In this document: one piece after another, positions 1 to 9,778 of the stretch
How the letters are laid out: every line of letters begins with the position of its first letter
Position numbering within the stretch: the stretch's first letter is position 1
Assembly: GCA_964574815.1 (NCBI GenBank)
Contig: CAZNPL010000025.1
Coordinates: 12,054 to 76,053 of the forward strand
Reading direction: 5' to 3'
From: an uncultured Phycisphaeraceae bacterium
GTDB taxonomy: Bacteria > Planctomycetota > Phycisphaerae > UBA1845
DNA length: 64,000 nt
Notes under the pieces: generated by a model
What the model saw: only the letters and a program-made list of their open reading frames with translations
Told to the model about the DNA's origin: nothing
Databases searched by the model: none
Program-made: the position numbers and the translations under genes

Positions 1-2311
1 CCTTGATCGGGAAGATCGCCGCGTCCTTCTCGAGCAGCCGCTCGTCAACCACGCGCAGCGGCGAGTAGTCGTCCAGAACGTAAAAACCCCGCCCGAACGT
101 GCCGAGCACCAGGTCGTTCTCGCGTCGTTGAATCTCGATGTCGCGGACGGCAATCGTCGGCACGCCGCTCTTGAGCTGATGCCAGTTTTCCCCGCCGTTT
201 CGCGTGACGAACACGCCGAACTCGGTGGCGATGAACAGCATGTTCGGATCGACGTGGTCCTCGGCCAGCGTGTAGCACACCTGCCGCTCGGGCATATCGC
301 CCATGATCGGCTCCCAGGTCTGTCCGCGGTCGGTGCTCTTGAGGATGTAGGGCTTGAAGTCGCCCTGCTTGTGATTGTCGAAGGCGGCGTACACGGTGTC
401 GGGATCGTGCATCGACGCCTGCAAGCCGCTCACGAACGTCATGTCCGGCACGTGCGGGAACACGCCGATCTTGCGCCACGTGCCGCCGCCGCTCTCACTG
501 ACCTGGATCAGCCCGTCGTCAGTACCGACGTAAAGCAACCCATCGACCAGCGGCGACTCGCTCAACACCACGCAGTTCCCGAAGATCGACGTGTGCTGGT
601 CCTTCTCGACCGCGTCGACGCTTTGAATCCGACCCATCACCTTGAGCTGATGACGATCGAACTGCCGCGTCAGATCACCGCTGATGGCCACCCAACTGTT
701 GCCGCGATCGTCGGAACGATACAGACGCTGCGAGGCGTAATAGAGCCGCTTGTGGTCGTGCGGGCTGATGAGCAGCGGCGAGTTCCAGTTCCAGCGGTTC
801 GGCTCTTCGCCCGGGGCCTCGCGCGGCTTGATGTCGACATTCTGGTCGCCGCGCCGGTCGTGTCGGACCAGGCCTCCGTACTGCCACTGGGCGTAGACGA
901 TGTTCGGATCCTCGGGATCGACCTGGGCCTTGAAGCCGTCGCCGCCGACGGTGACGAACCAGTCTTCGTTGGTGATGCCCGCCCGGTTTAGCGTCCGCGA
1001 CGGCCCGCCCAGTGTGGCGTTGTCCTGCGTGCCGCCGTAGACGAAGTAGAACGGCTCGGACGTGTCCACGGTCACGCGGTAGAACTGCGTCACCGGCAGG
1101 TTGTCCTTGAAGCCCCAGTTCTCGCCGCGATCGAAGCTTTCGTAGACACCACCGTCGCAGCCGACCAGCAGGTAGTCGCTGTTGTCGGGATCGATCCACA
1201 GCGCGTGGTCGTCGACGTGGCGGTTCTCCCGTGGCATGCGTTCGAACGTCTTGCCGCCGTCTTCGGTGACGTGCAGGATCGTATCGAGGGCGTAGACGCG
1301 CCCGACGTGGTTCGGATCGCACACGATCTCATTATAGTACTGCGGACTGGTGGTCTCGTAGCCGCTGCGCCTCTCCCACGTCTCGCCGCGGTCGGTCGAG
1401 CGGTAAAAGCCGCTCTTGCCCTGGCCGGCCTCGACGATGGCGTAGACCACGTCCGGGTCGGCCGGCGAGACGCACATGCCGATGCGCCCCTTGTCCACGC
1501 CCGGAATACCCCGCTCGATCTTGCGCCAGGTTTTTCCGGCGTCGGTGGATTTGTAGATGGCCGACTCCGGCCCGCCGTTGATCAGCGTCCATACGTGCCG
1601 CCGCCGCTGGTATGCCGAGGCGTACAGCACGTCCGGGTCGCGCGGGTCCATGTGCACCTCGTTGACGCCGGTGTCGTCGCTGATGTGCAGGATGCGCTCC
1701 CAGGTCTCGCCGCCGTCGGCGGTCTTGTACAGGCCCCGGTCGCCGCCGGCCCGCCACAGCGGCCCCTGCGCCGCGACGTAGACGGTATTCGAGTCGCGCG
1801 GGTCGATCAGGATCATGCCGATGTGTTCGGACTCGCCCAGGCCCATGTTCTCCCAGTTGGCCCCGCCGTCGCGCGTCCGGTAGACGCCGTCGCCGAACCC
1901 GACGCTGCGCTGGCTGTTGTTCTCGCCGGTGCCAACCCAGACGACGTTCGGGTTATGCGGATCCATCGTCACGCAGCCGATCGAGTAGGAGCCGTAGTTG
2001 TCGAACACCGGCGTCCAGGTGGTCCCGGCGTTTGTCGTCTTCCACACGTTCCCCGACGCCACAGCCACAAAGTAATGCGCCTTGTTGCGCGGATTGACCG
2101 CGAAGTCACCGATCCGCCCGGACATCAGCGCCGGCCCGATCGACCGGAACTTCATCCCCGAGACAATCTCCTTCGACAGCGGATCCGCCGGCGAAGCCTC
2201 CGCCGGAGAGGCCTCCGCCTCCCCGGCCGCCGTCTCCAGGCCGACCGAAGTCGGCACGCCTATCATGCATACGACAATAAAAGAAAGCAGCATCAACACA
2301 TTCGTTTTCAT
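1..2311 (-). CDS. Secreted BNR/Asp-box repeat protein (sortilin/VPS10- or sialidase-like beta-propeller). Partial: the C-terminus runs off the window start.
   Basis: My own reverse-strand translation from an ATG near 2309-2311 preceded by GGAG. It gives a signal peptide (MKTNVLMLLSFIVVCMIG) followed by about 11 S-x-D-x-G-x-T-W Asp-box motifs (TTNAGTTW, RTRDGGANW, KTADGGETW, KSTDAGKTW, RSTDRGETW and others), with no stop before position 1. It is absent from the ORF track because it has no in-window stop. Confidence 0.55.
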   Translation of the reverse strand, partial: MKTNVLMLLSFIVVCMIGVPTSVGLETAAGEAEASPAEASPADPLSKEIVSGMKFRSIGPALMSGRIGDFAVNPRNKAHYFVAVASGNVWKTTNAGTTWTPVFDNYGSYSIGCVTMDPHNPNVVWVGTGENNSQRSVGFGDGVYRTRDGGANWENMGLGESEHIGMILIDPRDSNTVYVAAQGPLWRAGGDRGLYKTADGGETWERILHISDDTGVNEVHMDPRDPDVLYASAYQRRRHVWTLINGGPESAIYKSTDAGKTWRKIERGIPGVDKGRIGMCVSPADPDVVYAIVEAGQGKSGFYRSTDRGETWERRSGYETTSPQYYNEIVCDPNHVGRVYALDTILHVTEDGGKTFERMPRENRHVDDHALWIDPDNSDYLLVGCDGGVYESFDRGENWGFKDNLPVTQFYRVTVDTSEPFYFVYGGTQDNATLGGPSRTLNRAGITNEDWFVTVGGDGFKAQVDPEDPNIVYAQWQYGGLVRHDRRGDQNVDIKPREAPGEEPNRWNWNSPLLISPHDHKRLYYASQRLYRSDDRGNSWVAISGDLTRQFDRHQLKVMGRIQSVDAVEKDQHTSIFGNCVVLSESPLVDGLLYVGTDDGLIQVSESGGGTWRKIGVFPHVPDMTFVSGLQASMHDPDTVYAAFDNHKQGDFKPYILKSTDRGQTWEPIMGDMPERQVCYTLAEDHVDPNMLFIATEFGVFVTRNGGENWHQLKSGVPTIAVRDIEIQRRENDLVLGTFGRGFYVLDDYSPLRVVDERLLEKDAAIFPIK

Positions 2312-2432
2312 CTCAACTCCTGTCACCAAACACCGGCTCGCGGGTCTTATCTCGTACAAACGTCGGTATGCGCTCCTTCTTCCCTTCCATTTCGACAGGA
2401 ACGGCGGCCGATCCGCAACTCTTCCAAACGGC

Positions 2433-3359
2433 TTAACCAGTGTCGGATCGTGTCGGCGCGGCGCCGCTTCGCTCCGCTCGACGCGGCGGGCGGTCCATCA
2501 GGAACGAGACCCGCTCGACGTCGCTCGCGGCGATGGCGTCCGGCAGAATGCGCCGGGCCTGTCTGATGTCCGTGCGGCGCGTGAGGTGCGTGAGCACGAT
2601 GTGCCGGGACCGCACCTGACCGCAAACCTCCCGTAGATCGCTGACGTGAATGTGGTAGCCCTGCCGGGCCCTGCGAATGTGATCGTGGTCAAAGAAGGTG
2701 CACTCGATCAGAAGAACCTCGGCGTCCCGAACGTGCGGCAATGTCAAAAAGTCGCCCAACGCCGTGTCGCCGCAATAGGCGATCAGGGGCACTTCGAGAC
2801 GATATTCGATCTCCACACCCTGTTTCTTGAGGGCGACGAGCTGCGGGCCGGTCTTCTCTGTAAACTCCGGCTTTAGCTTGTTCCGAACTTGCACCACGGA
2901 GAACCCCAGCGCGTTGCCGGGATGATTGACCGCGAAAGGCCGGACGACCAGATCGCGGCGGGTCCTGACGTCCTGGCCCGGCTCCACCCCCTCGATGTCG
3001 CACGGCGAATGATGCCCCTCGATATCCGCCCAGACCGCCATCAGCCGCTGAATGTTCTGGGCCTGCGCCCGATGCACAATCACGCGCCCGGGCGGCGCCC
3101 CGATGAAGCCCCTTTGGGAGAAATAATACGCGACTCCGGCCGCATGGTCCATGTGCCCGTGGGAAAGGCAGACGTTGTCGATCGGGATGATCTCGCGCGG
3201 GGCCCGGCCGACGTCGAAGCAGACGTTCAACTCAGGCACGCCGATGACCGTCTCCTCCCCGGCGAGGCTGTAGCCGAGCAGAGTGAGCGGGCCGATCTGC
3301 CGCTTGTTCATCCACGTGGGCATGGGCGTTACCATAGGGCGGGTTGGCGTGATGTCCAT
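2433..3359 (-). CDS. MBL-fold metallo-hydrolase, RNase Z/ElaC-like. The true start is probably the internal MNKRQIGPLTLLG near 3311.
   Basis: HGHMDH (HxHxDH) metallo-beta-lactamase motif. The N-terminus LTLLGYSLAGEE resembles the RNase Z start. Length about 290-308 aa. Confidence 0.55.
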   Translation of the reverse strand: MDITPTRPMVTPMPTWMNKRQIGPLTLLGYSLAGEETVIGVPELNVCFDVGRAPREIIPIDNVCLSHGHMDHAAGVAYYFSQRGFIGAPPGRVIVHRAQAQNIQRLMAVWADIEGHHSPCDIEGVEPGQDVRTRRDLVVRPFAVNHPGNALGFSVVQVRNKLKPEFTEKTGPQLVALKKQGVEIEYRLEVPLIAYCGDTALGDFLTLPHVRDAEVLLIECTFFDHDHIRRARQGYHIHVSDLREVCGQVRSRHIVLTHLTRRTDIRQARRILPDAIAASDVERVSFLMDRPPRRAERSGAAPTRSDTG

Positions 3360-3479
3360 GGGCGGTGGTCCATTTTCAAAGCGCCTCTACATTTTGCGTT
3401 GACCTGCTACAATCCGGCCATCAGATGCCGCCCTCAGCGGCGTCCATTTGTCGTCGTGAGGTTGTCAGGCGCTGCCATC

Positions 3480-3980
3480 ATGCGTTGTCCTTCGTGCCGC
3501 GAAAGCAACAAGGATCGGGTGATCGATTCCCGGATGACCGAAGGTGGAGCGGTGATTCGGCGGCGGCGCGTGTGCGCGGCCTGCGGGCGCCGTTTCACGA
3601 CCAAGGAACGGGTCGAGGAGGAGCTGCGCCTGATTGTGATCAAGCGCGACGGAAGCCGCGAGCCGTTCGAGCGCACCAAGCTGATGCGCGGCGTGAGGCA
3701 CGCCTGCTGCAAGCTGCCCATCGACGAAAACGCCATCGAACAACTGGTCGACACCGTCGAGGGCGACCTGTTCGAGCGGTTTGAGAAAGAGGTCACCAGC
3801 GTCGAGATCGGCGAGATCCTGCTTCGGCGCCTCCGCGAGCTCAACTCGGTGGCTTACGTGCGCTTCGCGGCCGTTTTCCGAAAGTACAGTGACGTCGACG
3901 AGTTCGTCGACGAGATTCAGACTGTCAGGGAGTTTGTGGCGTCTTCCGATCCGCATCAGGCCTCCCTCTTCGAGGACTGA
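3480..3980 (+). CDS. nrdR: Transcriptional repressor NrdR (zinc ribbon plus ATP-cone).
   Basis: MRCPSCRESNKDRVIDSR...CAACGRRFTTKERVE zinc-ribbon, then an ATP-cone (LIVIKRDGSREPFERTKL...). About 166 aa. The ATG lies inside track ORF 2889..3980. Confidence 0.85.
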   Translation: MRCPSCRESNKDRVIDSRMTEGGAVIRRRRVCAACGRRFTTKERVEEELRLIVIKRDGSREPFERTKLMRGVRHACCKLPIDENAIEQLVDTVEGDLFERFEKEVTSVEIGEILLRRLRELNSVAYVRFAAVFRKYSDVDEFVDEIQTVREFVASSDPHQASLFED

Positions 3981-5211
3981 TCCAGGCGGAGGCGCCGACG
4001 GCGGCCAGTACTTCCAGCATCGGCATCGCGGCCAGTCGATACCGCAAGCTCCCCACGAACACAGAGTGCACCACCAGCACGTACAGCGCCGGCAGAAGCA
4101 GCGCGAGAATCTCCGCCGGGCGCTTTCGCAGGCGAATCATGCCGCACAGGGCCAGAAGGTAGATCGGGACGGTCCAAAAAGCGGCGATCAGACGAACCCA
4201 AAGCGATTGGTATTCCTCGGCATTGGGAACCGGGTTCCACGTGCGGGCGATCTTGACGCCGGCCAGTCGCAGGATGCGTTGCGGATCCGAGCGAATGCTC
4301 TCGATCGACTTGTCGAAGAAATAGCGGTTCCATGCCGCTTCATCGAGCCCGCGCACCGCGGCCATCTGCTTGATCTCGCCCAGGTCGCTATTACCTGTGG
4401 CCTGCGGTCCCACGCCATCATAAAGCGAGATGCCCGCTCGATGCGTCAACCAGCACATGTGCCCGGTAACGCGCTGGTTGCGAATCGCCCAGGGAAACAG
4501 CGACGCCGCTACAATCACGAGCGAGAACGCCACACCAACCCAGCCCTTCCGCGTCGGTCCGGCGGCCACCCCCAGAAACACCGCCCAGATGACAATCAGG
4601 CCGAGCGAGGATTCCCGCAAGTAAACGCACAGCGCCGAGAGAAGGCCCAGAAGAAGCCACGGGCCGAAGACCGAATTCCCGCCGCGGCGCGAAACGTACC
4701 AGCCGCAGAGCCACAAAGCGCACAGCGCCGTGATGAACAGCGTCTCGGTCAGCAGCAACGAAGCGAAGAATATGAGGAACGGATCGACCGCCACCAGCAG
4801 ACCGGCGACAAGTCCCGCTCTGCGTCCGGCCACTCGCGCCCCCAGCAGCGTAATCAACACCGCCGCACCGCCGCCGATCAGCCACTGCGCTGCTTTAGCA
4901 AAGACAGGTCCCATCGGCTGTCCGGCAAAGATTGCCAGAAAGAGCGGATAAAGCGGCATGCGCAGCGCCCGGAAACCGTGCTCTCCGACCAGGCCGTGCC
5001 CCTCCACGACCGAATGGGCCAGCGACCAGTAATCCAGTTCGTCGGGAAACTCGAGCGCCGCGGGATCCTCCAGGCGGAAAATGCTGATCGCACCCCACCC
5101 GGCTCGAGCCACCAGGGCGATCAGAAAGACGAGCAAGAGCAGGCGCCAGGAGATGGATTTCTCCTGAGCAAGCGACGAATCCGGCGACGTCTCGCTCTGA
5201 AGCCGTGCCAC
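3925..5211 (-). CDS. GT-C superfamily membrane glycosyltransferase (ArnT/PMT/GT39-like), short form.
   Basis: Multi-pass membrane protein. The first-loop motif FRLEDPAALEFPDELDYWSLAHS resembles the GT-C DE-motif loop. GTG start overlaps the tilS stop by 1 nt. Confidence 0.55.
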   Translation of the reverse strand: MARLQSETSPDSSLAQEKSISWRLLLLVFLIALVARAGWGAISIFRLEDPAALEFPDELDYWSLAHSVVEGHGLVGEHGFRALRMPLYPLFLAIFAGQPMGPVFAKAAQWLIGGGAAVLITLLGARVAGRRAGLVAGLLVAVDPFLIFFASLLLTETLFITALCALWLCGWYVSRRGGNSVFGPWLLLGLLSALCVYLRESSLGLIVIWAVFLGVAAGPTRKGWVGVAFSLVIVAASLFPWAIRNQRVTGHMCWLTHRAGISLYDGVGPQATGNSDLGEIKQMAAVRGLDEAAWNRYFFDKSIESIRSDPQRILRLAGVKIARTWNPVPNAEEYQSLWVRLIAAFWTVPIYLLALCGMIRLRKRPAEILALLLPALYVLVVHSVFVGSLRYRLAAMPMLEVLAAVGASAWISPRRGRPDADRKTPQTP

Positions 5212-6683
5212 TAATCACCCGCCTTCGCCCCGGCGTCGTCGAGCCGGCGCACGCCAATCTTCAGCACCCGGTGCGTATGGCGGGATATCTTCACGCGCTC
5301 GTCCAGCCGGTGGCCGATGATCCAAACCGGACCAAGCTGATCGCACAACAGCGCGACGCGCTCGCGCTCCGCCGGTTCGACCTTCGCGTCGATGAGAAAC
5401 TCGGAGATCTTCTTCGACCCCGGGGCGCCCAGTGGCCAGAACCGATCGCCGCTCCGCCGTCCGCGCACGATAAGCGGCGGATGAATGCTGTCGAAATCGG
5501 CCCACTCCTGATACTCGTGCTTCTGCCGGCGCCATTGTTCCACATCGCGAGCCGTCACGCCGGCGATGTCGCATCGAATCTCCATTCGCCGCAGCGGCAT
5601 GTGCGTCGTACCCGGCACGTGCACCGCGATTTCAGAGGCCACCTCCTCGCGCGGCTCCTCCGTCGGCAGCGAAAAAACCAGCCGGTCGTAACGCTTCGTG
5701 ACCGACATGCCGGCCGGCAAGTGAATCTGCTTGCCGCTGGCCGGGTCAGCGACCAGGTCCAGAACCGCCTTCAGATGCGTGAAGCCGAGTTCCTGCTGCC
5801 CCACCTTGAAGGACTCGATGGCCCGGCGGACCAGTTCGGTCTGCACGATCCGATTCTTCCTGGCCAAAGTGGCTGCGTTGAGGATCAGCTCCTGATCCGT
5901 GCGGCTGATGATGAGCGTCTCGAAGGTTCGCTGCGCGGTTTCGCGCAGATACTCCTCGAACCAGCGGGCCTGCTCCCCGAGCCGGAGTAAAGCCTCGCGC
6001 ACCTGCGGGTTGACTTCGCTCTCGATCTGCGGGAGCAGCACGTTGCGGATGCGGTTGCGCATCGGCTCGTTCGACTCGTTGGTACGATCCTCGCGATAGG
6101 GGACGCCCTGGTCGCCCAGGTAAGCCAGGATCGACTTCCGCGTCCGCCGAAGCATCGGCCGGACGATCTGCACATCGCTCATCGGCCCGATGGCTCGGCA
6201 CCACGGAATTCCGCCCAGTCCCCTCAGGCCCGTCCCCCGCATGACGCGATGAAGGATGGTCTCTGCGTTGTCGTCCGCGTGATGTCCCACGGCAGCGGCC
6301 TCCGCCCCCACCTGGATGCAGATGCGTTCGAGGGTATGGTAGCGTTCGTTTCGGGCGACCTCCTCGATCGACTCGCCCCGCTCGGCCGCGATTTTGGCCA
6401 CGTCCCGCTCGACAACGCTGCACGGGATGCCCAGGTGGTCCGCGGCCGCGTGTACGAACGCCGCGTCCTCCTCGGCCTCGCCGTCACGAAGTTGATGGTT
6501 CAGGTGGCCCACGTGAAGCGTCAACGAGAACTCGCCCTCTTGGTTGAGCTCGTGCAGGGCATGCAGCAGCGCCATCGAATCCGGCCCGCCCGAGACGGCC
6601 ACCACCAGCTTGCTCTGACGGCCGAACAGGCCCTCCTCGACGATGTCCTCACCAAGCGCTCGGGCGAAGAGGCTGAGCGGCAT
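5211..6683 (-). CDS. tilS: tRNA(Ile)-lysidine synthetase TilS.
   Basis: PP-loop VAVSGGPDS, TilS-like length (490 aa) and C-terminal domain. Confidence 0.85.
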   Translation of the reverse strand: MPLSLFARALGEDIVEEGLFGRQSKLVVAVSGGPDSMALLHALHELNQEGEFSLTLHVGHLNHQLRDGEAEEDAAFVHAAADHLGIPCSVVERDVAKIAAERGESIEEVARNERYHTLERICIQVGAEAAAVGHHADDNAETILHRVMRGTGLRGLGGIPWCRAIGPMSDVQIVRPMLRRTRKSILAYLGDQGVPYREDRTNESNEPMRNRIRNVLLPQIESEVNPQVREALLRLGEQARWFEEYLRETAQRTFETLIISRTDQELILNAATLARKNRIVQTELVRRAIESFKVGQQELGFTHLKAVLDLVADPASGKQIHLPAGMSVTKRYDRLVFSLPTEEPREEVASEIAVHVPGTTHMPLRRMEIRCDIAGVTARDVEQWRRQKHEYQEWADFDSIHPPLIVRGRRSGDRFWPLGAPGSKKISEFLIDAKVEPAERERVALLCDQLGPVWIIGHRLDERVKISRHTHRVLKIGVRRLDDAGAKAGD

Positions 6684-7076
6684 GAGAATCTCCCGTGCTC
6701 GACAAACGACTCAGAGAATAGCAACGGCCACCGCCGGCCCAAAACCCATCCATGCCGGCTCGGACGGCCGGCCCCGGCGACGATCCTGAAGGGTAACTTC
6801 CAGCGACGCTTCACGCCAGCTTTTTCCGGCGAGCATCCGCGCTTGGTGCAGATGCTCAACCACAGGCTCGGGAAGCGCCGCGGCCGCCCCCTCCGCCGGC
6901 GCCGACCCCATCGAGGCCCAAGGGACACGGCGGCGTCCTCGCGCAAGCGCTCCGGCGTGCGCCCGATTGCTGACGCACACCTGCGTCGGGTCCCGCTTGG
7001 ATCGGACCGCTCGTTCGGGTAGGATGGCGAATCGAGTTCGGACCAACCACAAGTCCCGGTTCCCAGGAGAGCGTGT

Positions 7077-7559
7077 ATGCAAAGTAAGGCGGCCACCGTC
7101 AAGGAGTATCTGGCCGAGCTGCCGGAAGAGCGTTGCAAGGCGGTCGAGGCTGTTCGGAAGGTCATCCGCAAGAACCTCGGCAAGGGATACAAGGAGGGGA
7201 TGCAGTACGGGATGATCGGATACTTCGTCCCGCACAGCGTCTATCCGCCCGGTTACCATTGCGACCCGACGCAACCGGTGCCCTTCGCGGGGATCGCCAA
7301 CCAGAAAAACCACATCGGTATCTATCTGATGTGCATCTACTCCGACGAGTCGCAACAGAAGTGGTTCCGCGAGGCCTGGGCGAAAACGGGTAAGAAGCTC
7401 GACATGGGCAAGGCCTGCATCCGCTTCAAGAAGATCGACGACGTTCCGCTCAACGTGATCGGAGAGGCCGTCGCCCGCGTACCGGTCGAGGCCTACATCA
7501 AGAACTACGAGGCGAACGTAAAGAGGACCCGGAAGCGAGCACGCGTGGGGCGCATATAG
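7077..7559 (+). CDS. DUF1801 (YdhG-like) domain protein.
   Basis: 160-aa product with the conserved DUF1801-like core (GMIGYF...NHIGIYLM). AGGAGAG RBS upstream. Confidence 0.55.
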   Translation: MQSKAATVKEYLAELPEERCKAVEAVRKVIRKNLGKGYKEGMQYGMIGYFVPHSVYPPGYHCDPTQPVPFAGIANQKNHIGIYLMCIYSDESQQKWFREAWAKTGKKLDMGKACIRFKKIDDVPLNVIGEAVARVPVEAYIKNYEANVKRTRKRARVGRI

Positions 7560-7724
7560 TCGTTGGTGCCCATTGAGCATGTCAACGCTTATGATCAGGG
7601 ACCCAACCACGACCAGAGGTTACCGCCCGCGTCTTGCGGGCAGCCGTGTGGAGCGCAGGGCACGGCCACGCCGCTTCTTGTTCCACCGCCAGAGCTCCGG
7701 TCACGGACGTCGGTTGGGCTCCTC

Positions 7725-9287
7725 CTACGCGGGCACGTTCGGTTGGGGTAAATCCATGTCCCGGGCGAGCAGAAGCGGCCCGACCTCCGCCTCTACCGCA
7801 TCCAGAATGGCGCAATCCTCGACCATCGCGCGGATGGCTTCTATATCCGGATAAAGCACCCGGTCGTCCTGAAGCTTGGACACCTTCTGCCGTATGAGGT
7901 CGTACGCGATCGCCGTGCCCTTGCCCGGACGACGCCCCTCGTGAAACTCGAACGCCTGGGCGGCCGACATCATCTCGATGGCCAGCACCGTCCGCACGTT
8001 CTTCAAGATCTCCGTGCACTTGCGGACCGCGATCGGCCCCATGCTGACGTGATCCTCCTGGTCGGCCGATACGCTGATCGAATCCACCGACGCCGGGTGC
8101 GACAGCACCTTGTTCTCCGAAACGAGCGCGGCCGCGGTGTATTGGGCCACCATCAGCCCGGAGTTGAGCCCCTTGCCTTCCACCAGGAAGTCCGGCAAAC
8201 CGGACAGCACAGGGTTGAGCAGCCGGTTGGTGTGCCGCTCCGACAGGTTCGCCGACTCCGACAAGGCCATGCACAGGTAATCAACGACCAGCCCGATCCC
8301 CTGCCCATGGAAGTTGCCCGCCGCGAAGTACTCGCCTTCGTCGCCGAAGAAGAGTGGGTTGTCGGCCGCAGAGTTGGCCTCGATGTTCACGATCCGCCGC
8401 ACGAACTCCACGGCATCGAGCGACGGGCCGAGGATCTGCGGCGAGCAGCGGATGCTGTAACCGTCCTGAACCCGCCCCGTACGGTTGGCCATCACCTCGC
8501 TGCCTTCCACCAGCCGCAGCAGGTTCCGCGCCACCGCGTTCTGCCCTGGGAACGGCCGAACCTGATGCACCCGGGGATCAAACGCCCGGGCCACGGCCCG
8601 CAACGCGTCGACCGACATGGCCGCGGCGATCATCGCGTTCTTCAACACGCGCTCGGCGTCGTAGACCAGCAGCGCCGCCCCGGCCGTCATCATCTGCGAG
8701 CCGTTGATCAGCCCCAGCCCCTCCTTGTAGGTCAGATCCGTCGGCTCGACGCCGGCCCGCTTCATGGCCTCGGCGCCGGACATCAGCTCGCCCTTGTACC
8801 ACGCCCGTCCCTCGCCGATCGCCACCTCGGCGAACTGCGACAGCGGCGACAGATCCCCGCTCGTGCCCAGCGACCCCTTCTCGTTGACATATGGGATCAC
8901 ACCCTTGTTGATCATGCCGACCACGGTCTCGAGCAGCCGCCGGCGAACGCCCGAATAGCCCTTGGCCAGCACATTCGCCCGCAACAGCATCGCCGCCCGC
9001 ACGACGTCCGCCGGCTGCGGATTTCCCGTGCCGGCAGAGTGGCTGTAGATGATCCGCCGCTGCAGCTCGGCGCTCTGCTCCGGCGAGATCCGGATGCGGG
9101 CAAACTCGCCGATGCCGGTCGTCACGCCGTACATTGCGGTCCCTTCGGCCACACCCTTGTCGATGACCTTGCGCGACTTCTCGAGACGCTCCCAGGCCTC
9201 CGGCGCCACCGACACCTGCGCCTCCTCCCGGGCCACGGCCTGAACCTGCTCGATCGAGAGGGAATTGCCGTCGAGTACGACCGTCAT
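7725..9287 (-). CDS. Aromatic amino acid ammonia-lyase family protein (histidine ammonia-lyase-like, MIO-dependent).
   Basis: 520 aa. GSLGTSGDLSPLS aligns with the HAL/PAL MIO-forming G-[AT]-S-G-D-L-x-P-L segment. Overall HAL-like length and conserved blocks. Confidence 0.7.
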   Translation of the reverse strand: MTVVLDGNSLSIEQVQAVAREEAQVSVAPEAWERLEKSRKVIDKGVAEGTAMYGVTTGIGEFARIRISPEQSAELQRRIIYSHSAGTGNPQPADVVRAAMLLRANVLAKGYSGVRRRLLETVVGMINKGVIPYVNEKGSLGTSGDLSPLSQFAEVAIGEGRAWYKGELMSGAEAMKRAGVEPTDLTYKEGLGLINGSQMMTAGAALLVYDAERVLKNAMIAAAMSVDALRAVARAFDPRVHQVRPFPGQNAVARNLLRLVEGSEVMANRTGRVQDGYSIRCSPQILGPSLDAVEFVRRIVNIEANSAADNPLFFGDEGEYFAAGNFHGQGIGLVVDYLCMALSESANLSERHTNRLLNPVLSGLPDFLVEGKGLNSGLMVAQYTAAALVSENKVLSHPASVDSISVSADQEDHVSMGPIAVRKCTEILKNVRTVLAIEMMSAAQAFEFHEGRRPGKGTAIAYDLIRQKVSKLQDDRVLYPDIEAIRAMVEDCAILDAVEAEVGPLLLARDMDLPQPNVPA

Positions 9288-9778
9288 GATATCTTCCTTT
9301 CAGGCGGCGGCAGCGTGCAACGACGTGGAGTCACACTGGCCATATCCTATGTGCCTGCTCAATCGGCAGGCCGGTGCAGCCTCGTGATCGGATGCACCGC
9401 TGAAACGCGTTGCCTGCCGGTCTGATGCAACGGTTGATCGTCGGCTCTTACGTTAACAAATCGGCACGAATGACGCCAGCGTTATCAGTGGATATTCGCC
9501 ACCGGATGGCGATTCGTACGATTCGCCTCTTCAAGGCGATTCAGGCGGTGTGGGATGTCGCGACCCGCCGCGGGGTGAGCCTCCGAGAGAGGACCGCATA
9601 CTCCATGCGTTGGAGCGTTTTTCCCAGAAGCACGCCGAGCTCCATTTCCGCTCGAAGGACGGGGGGGCTGAAGCGCGCGGCGGATTAAGCGGGTGCCACT
9701 GGCAGCCTGTCTGCCAGCGCCATTCCGCCCCGCGGCGCAGATCCCGACTTCCGCTATAGTGAGGCGGGAGTTCGGATC

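Noticed and set aside
3925-3980. 56-nt convergent overlap between the nrdR 3' end and the GT-C gene 3' end.
   Set aside because: Probably real but unremarkable. One of the two C-termini (both low-complexity) may be shorter than called. Not treated as a finding.
6711-7610. 299-aa minus-strand ORF covering the tilS / DUF1801 divergent region and all of the DUF1801 gene.
   Set aside because: No domain signal; overlaps a better-supported plus-strand gene and its RBS.
8341-8400. Apparent 1-2 nt frame inconsistencies between my text-derived coordinates and the ORF track (here and near 51121).
   Set aside because: Most likely my character-level misreading at line boundaries, not real frameshifts. 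The track proteins read through cleanly. Hence I quote track coordinates where available and flag +/-2 nt on my own.
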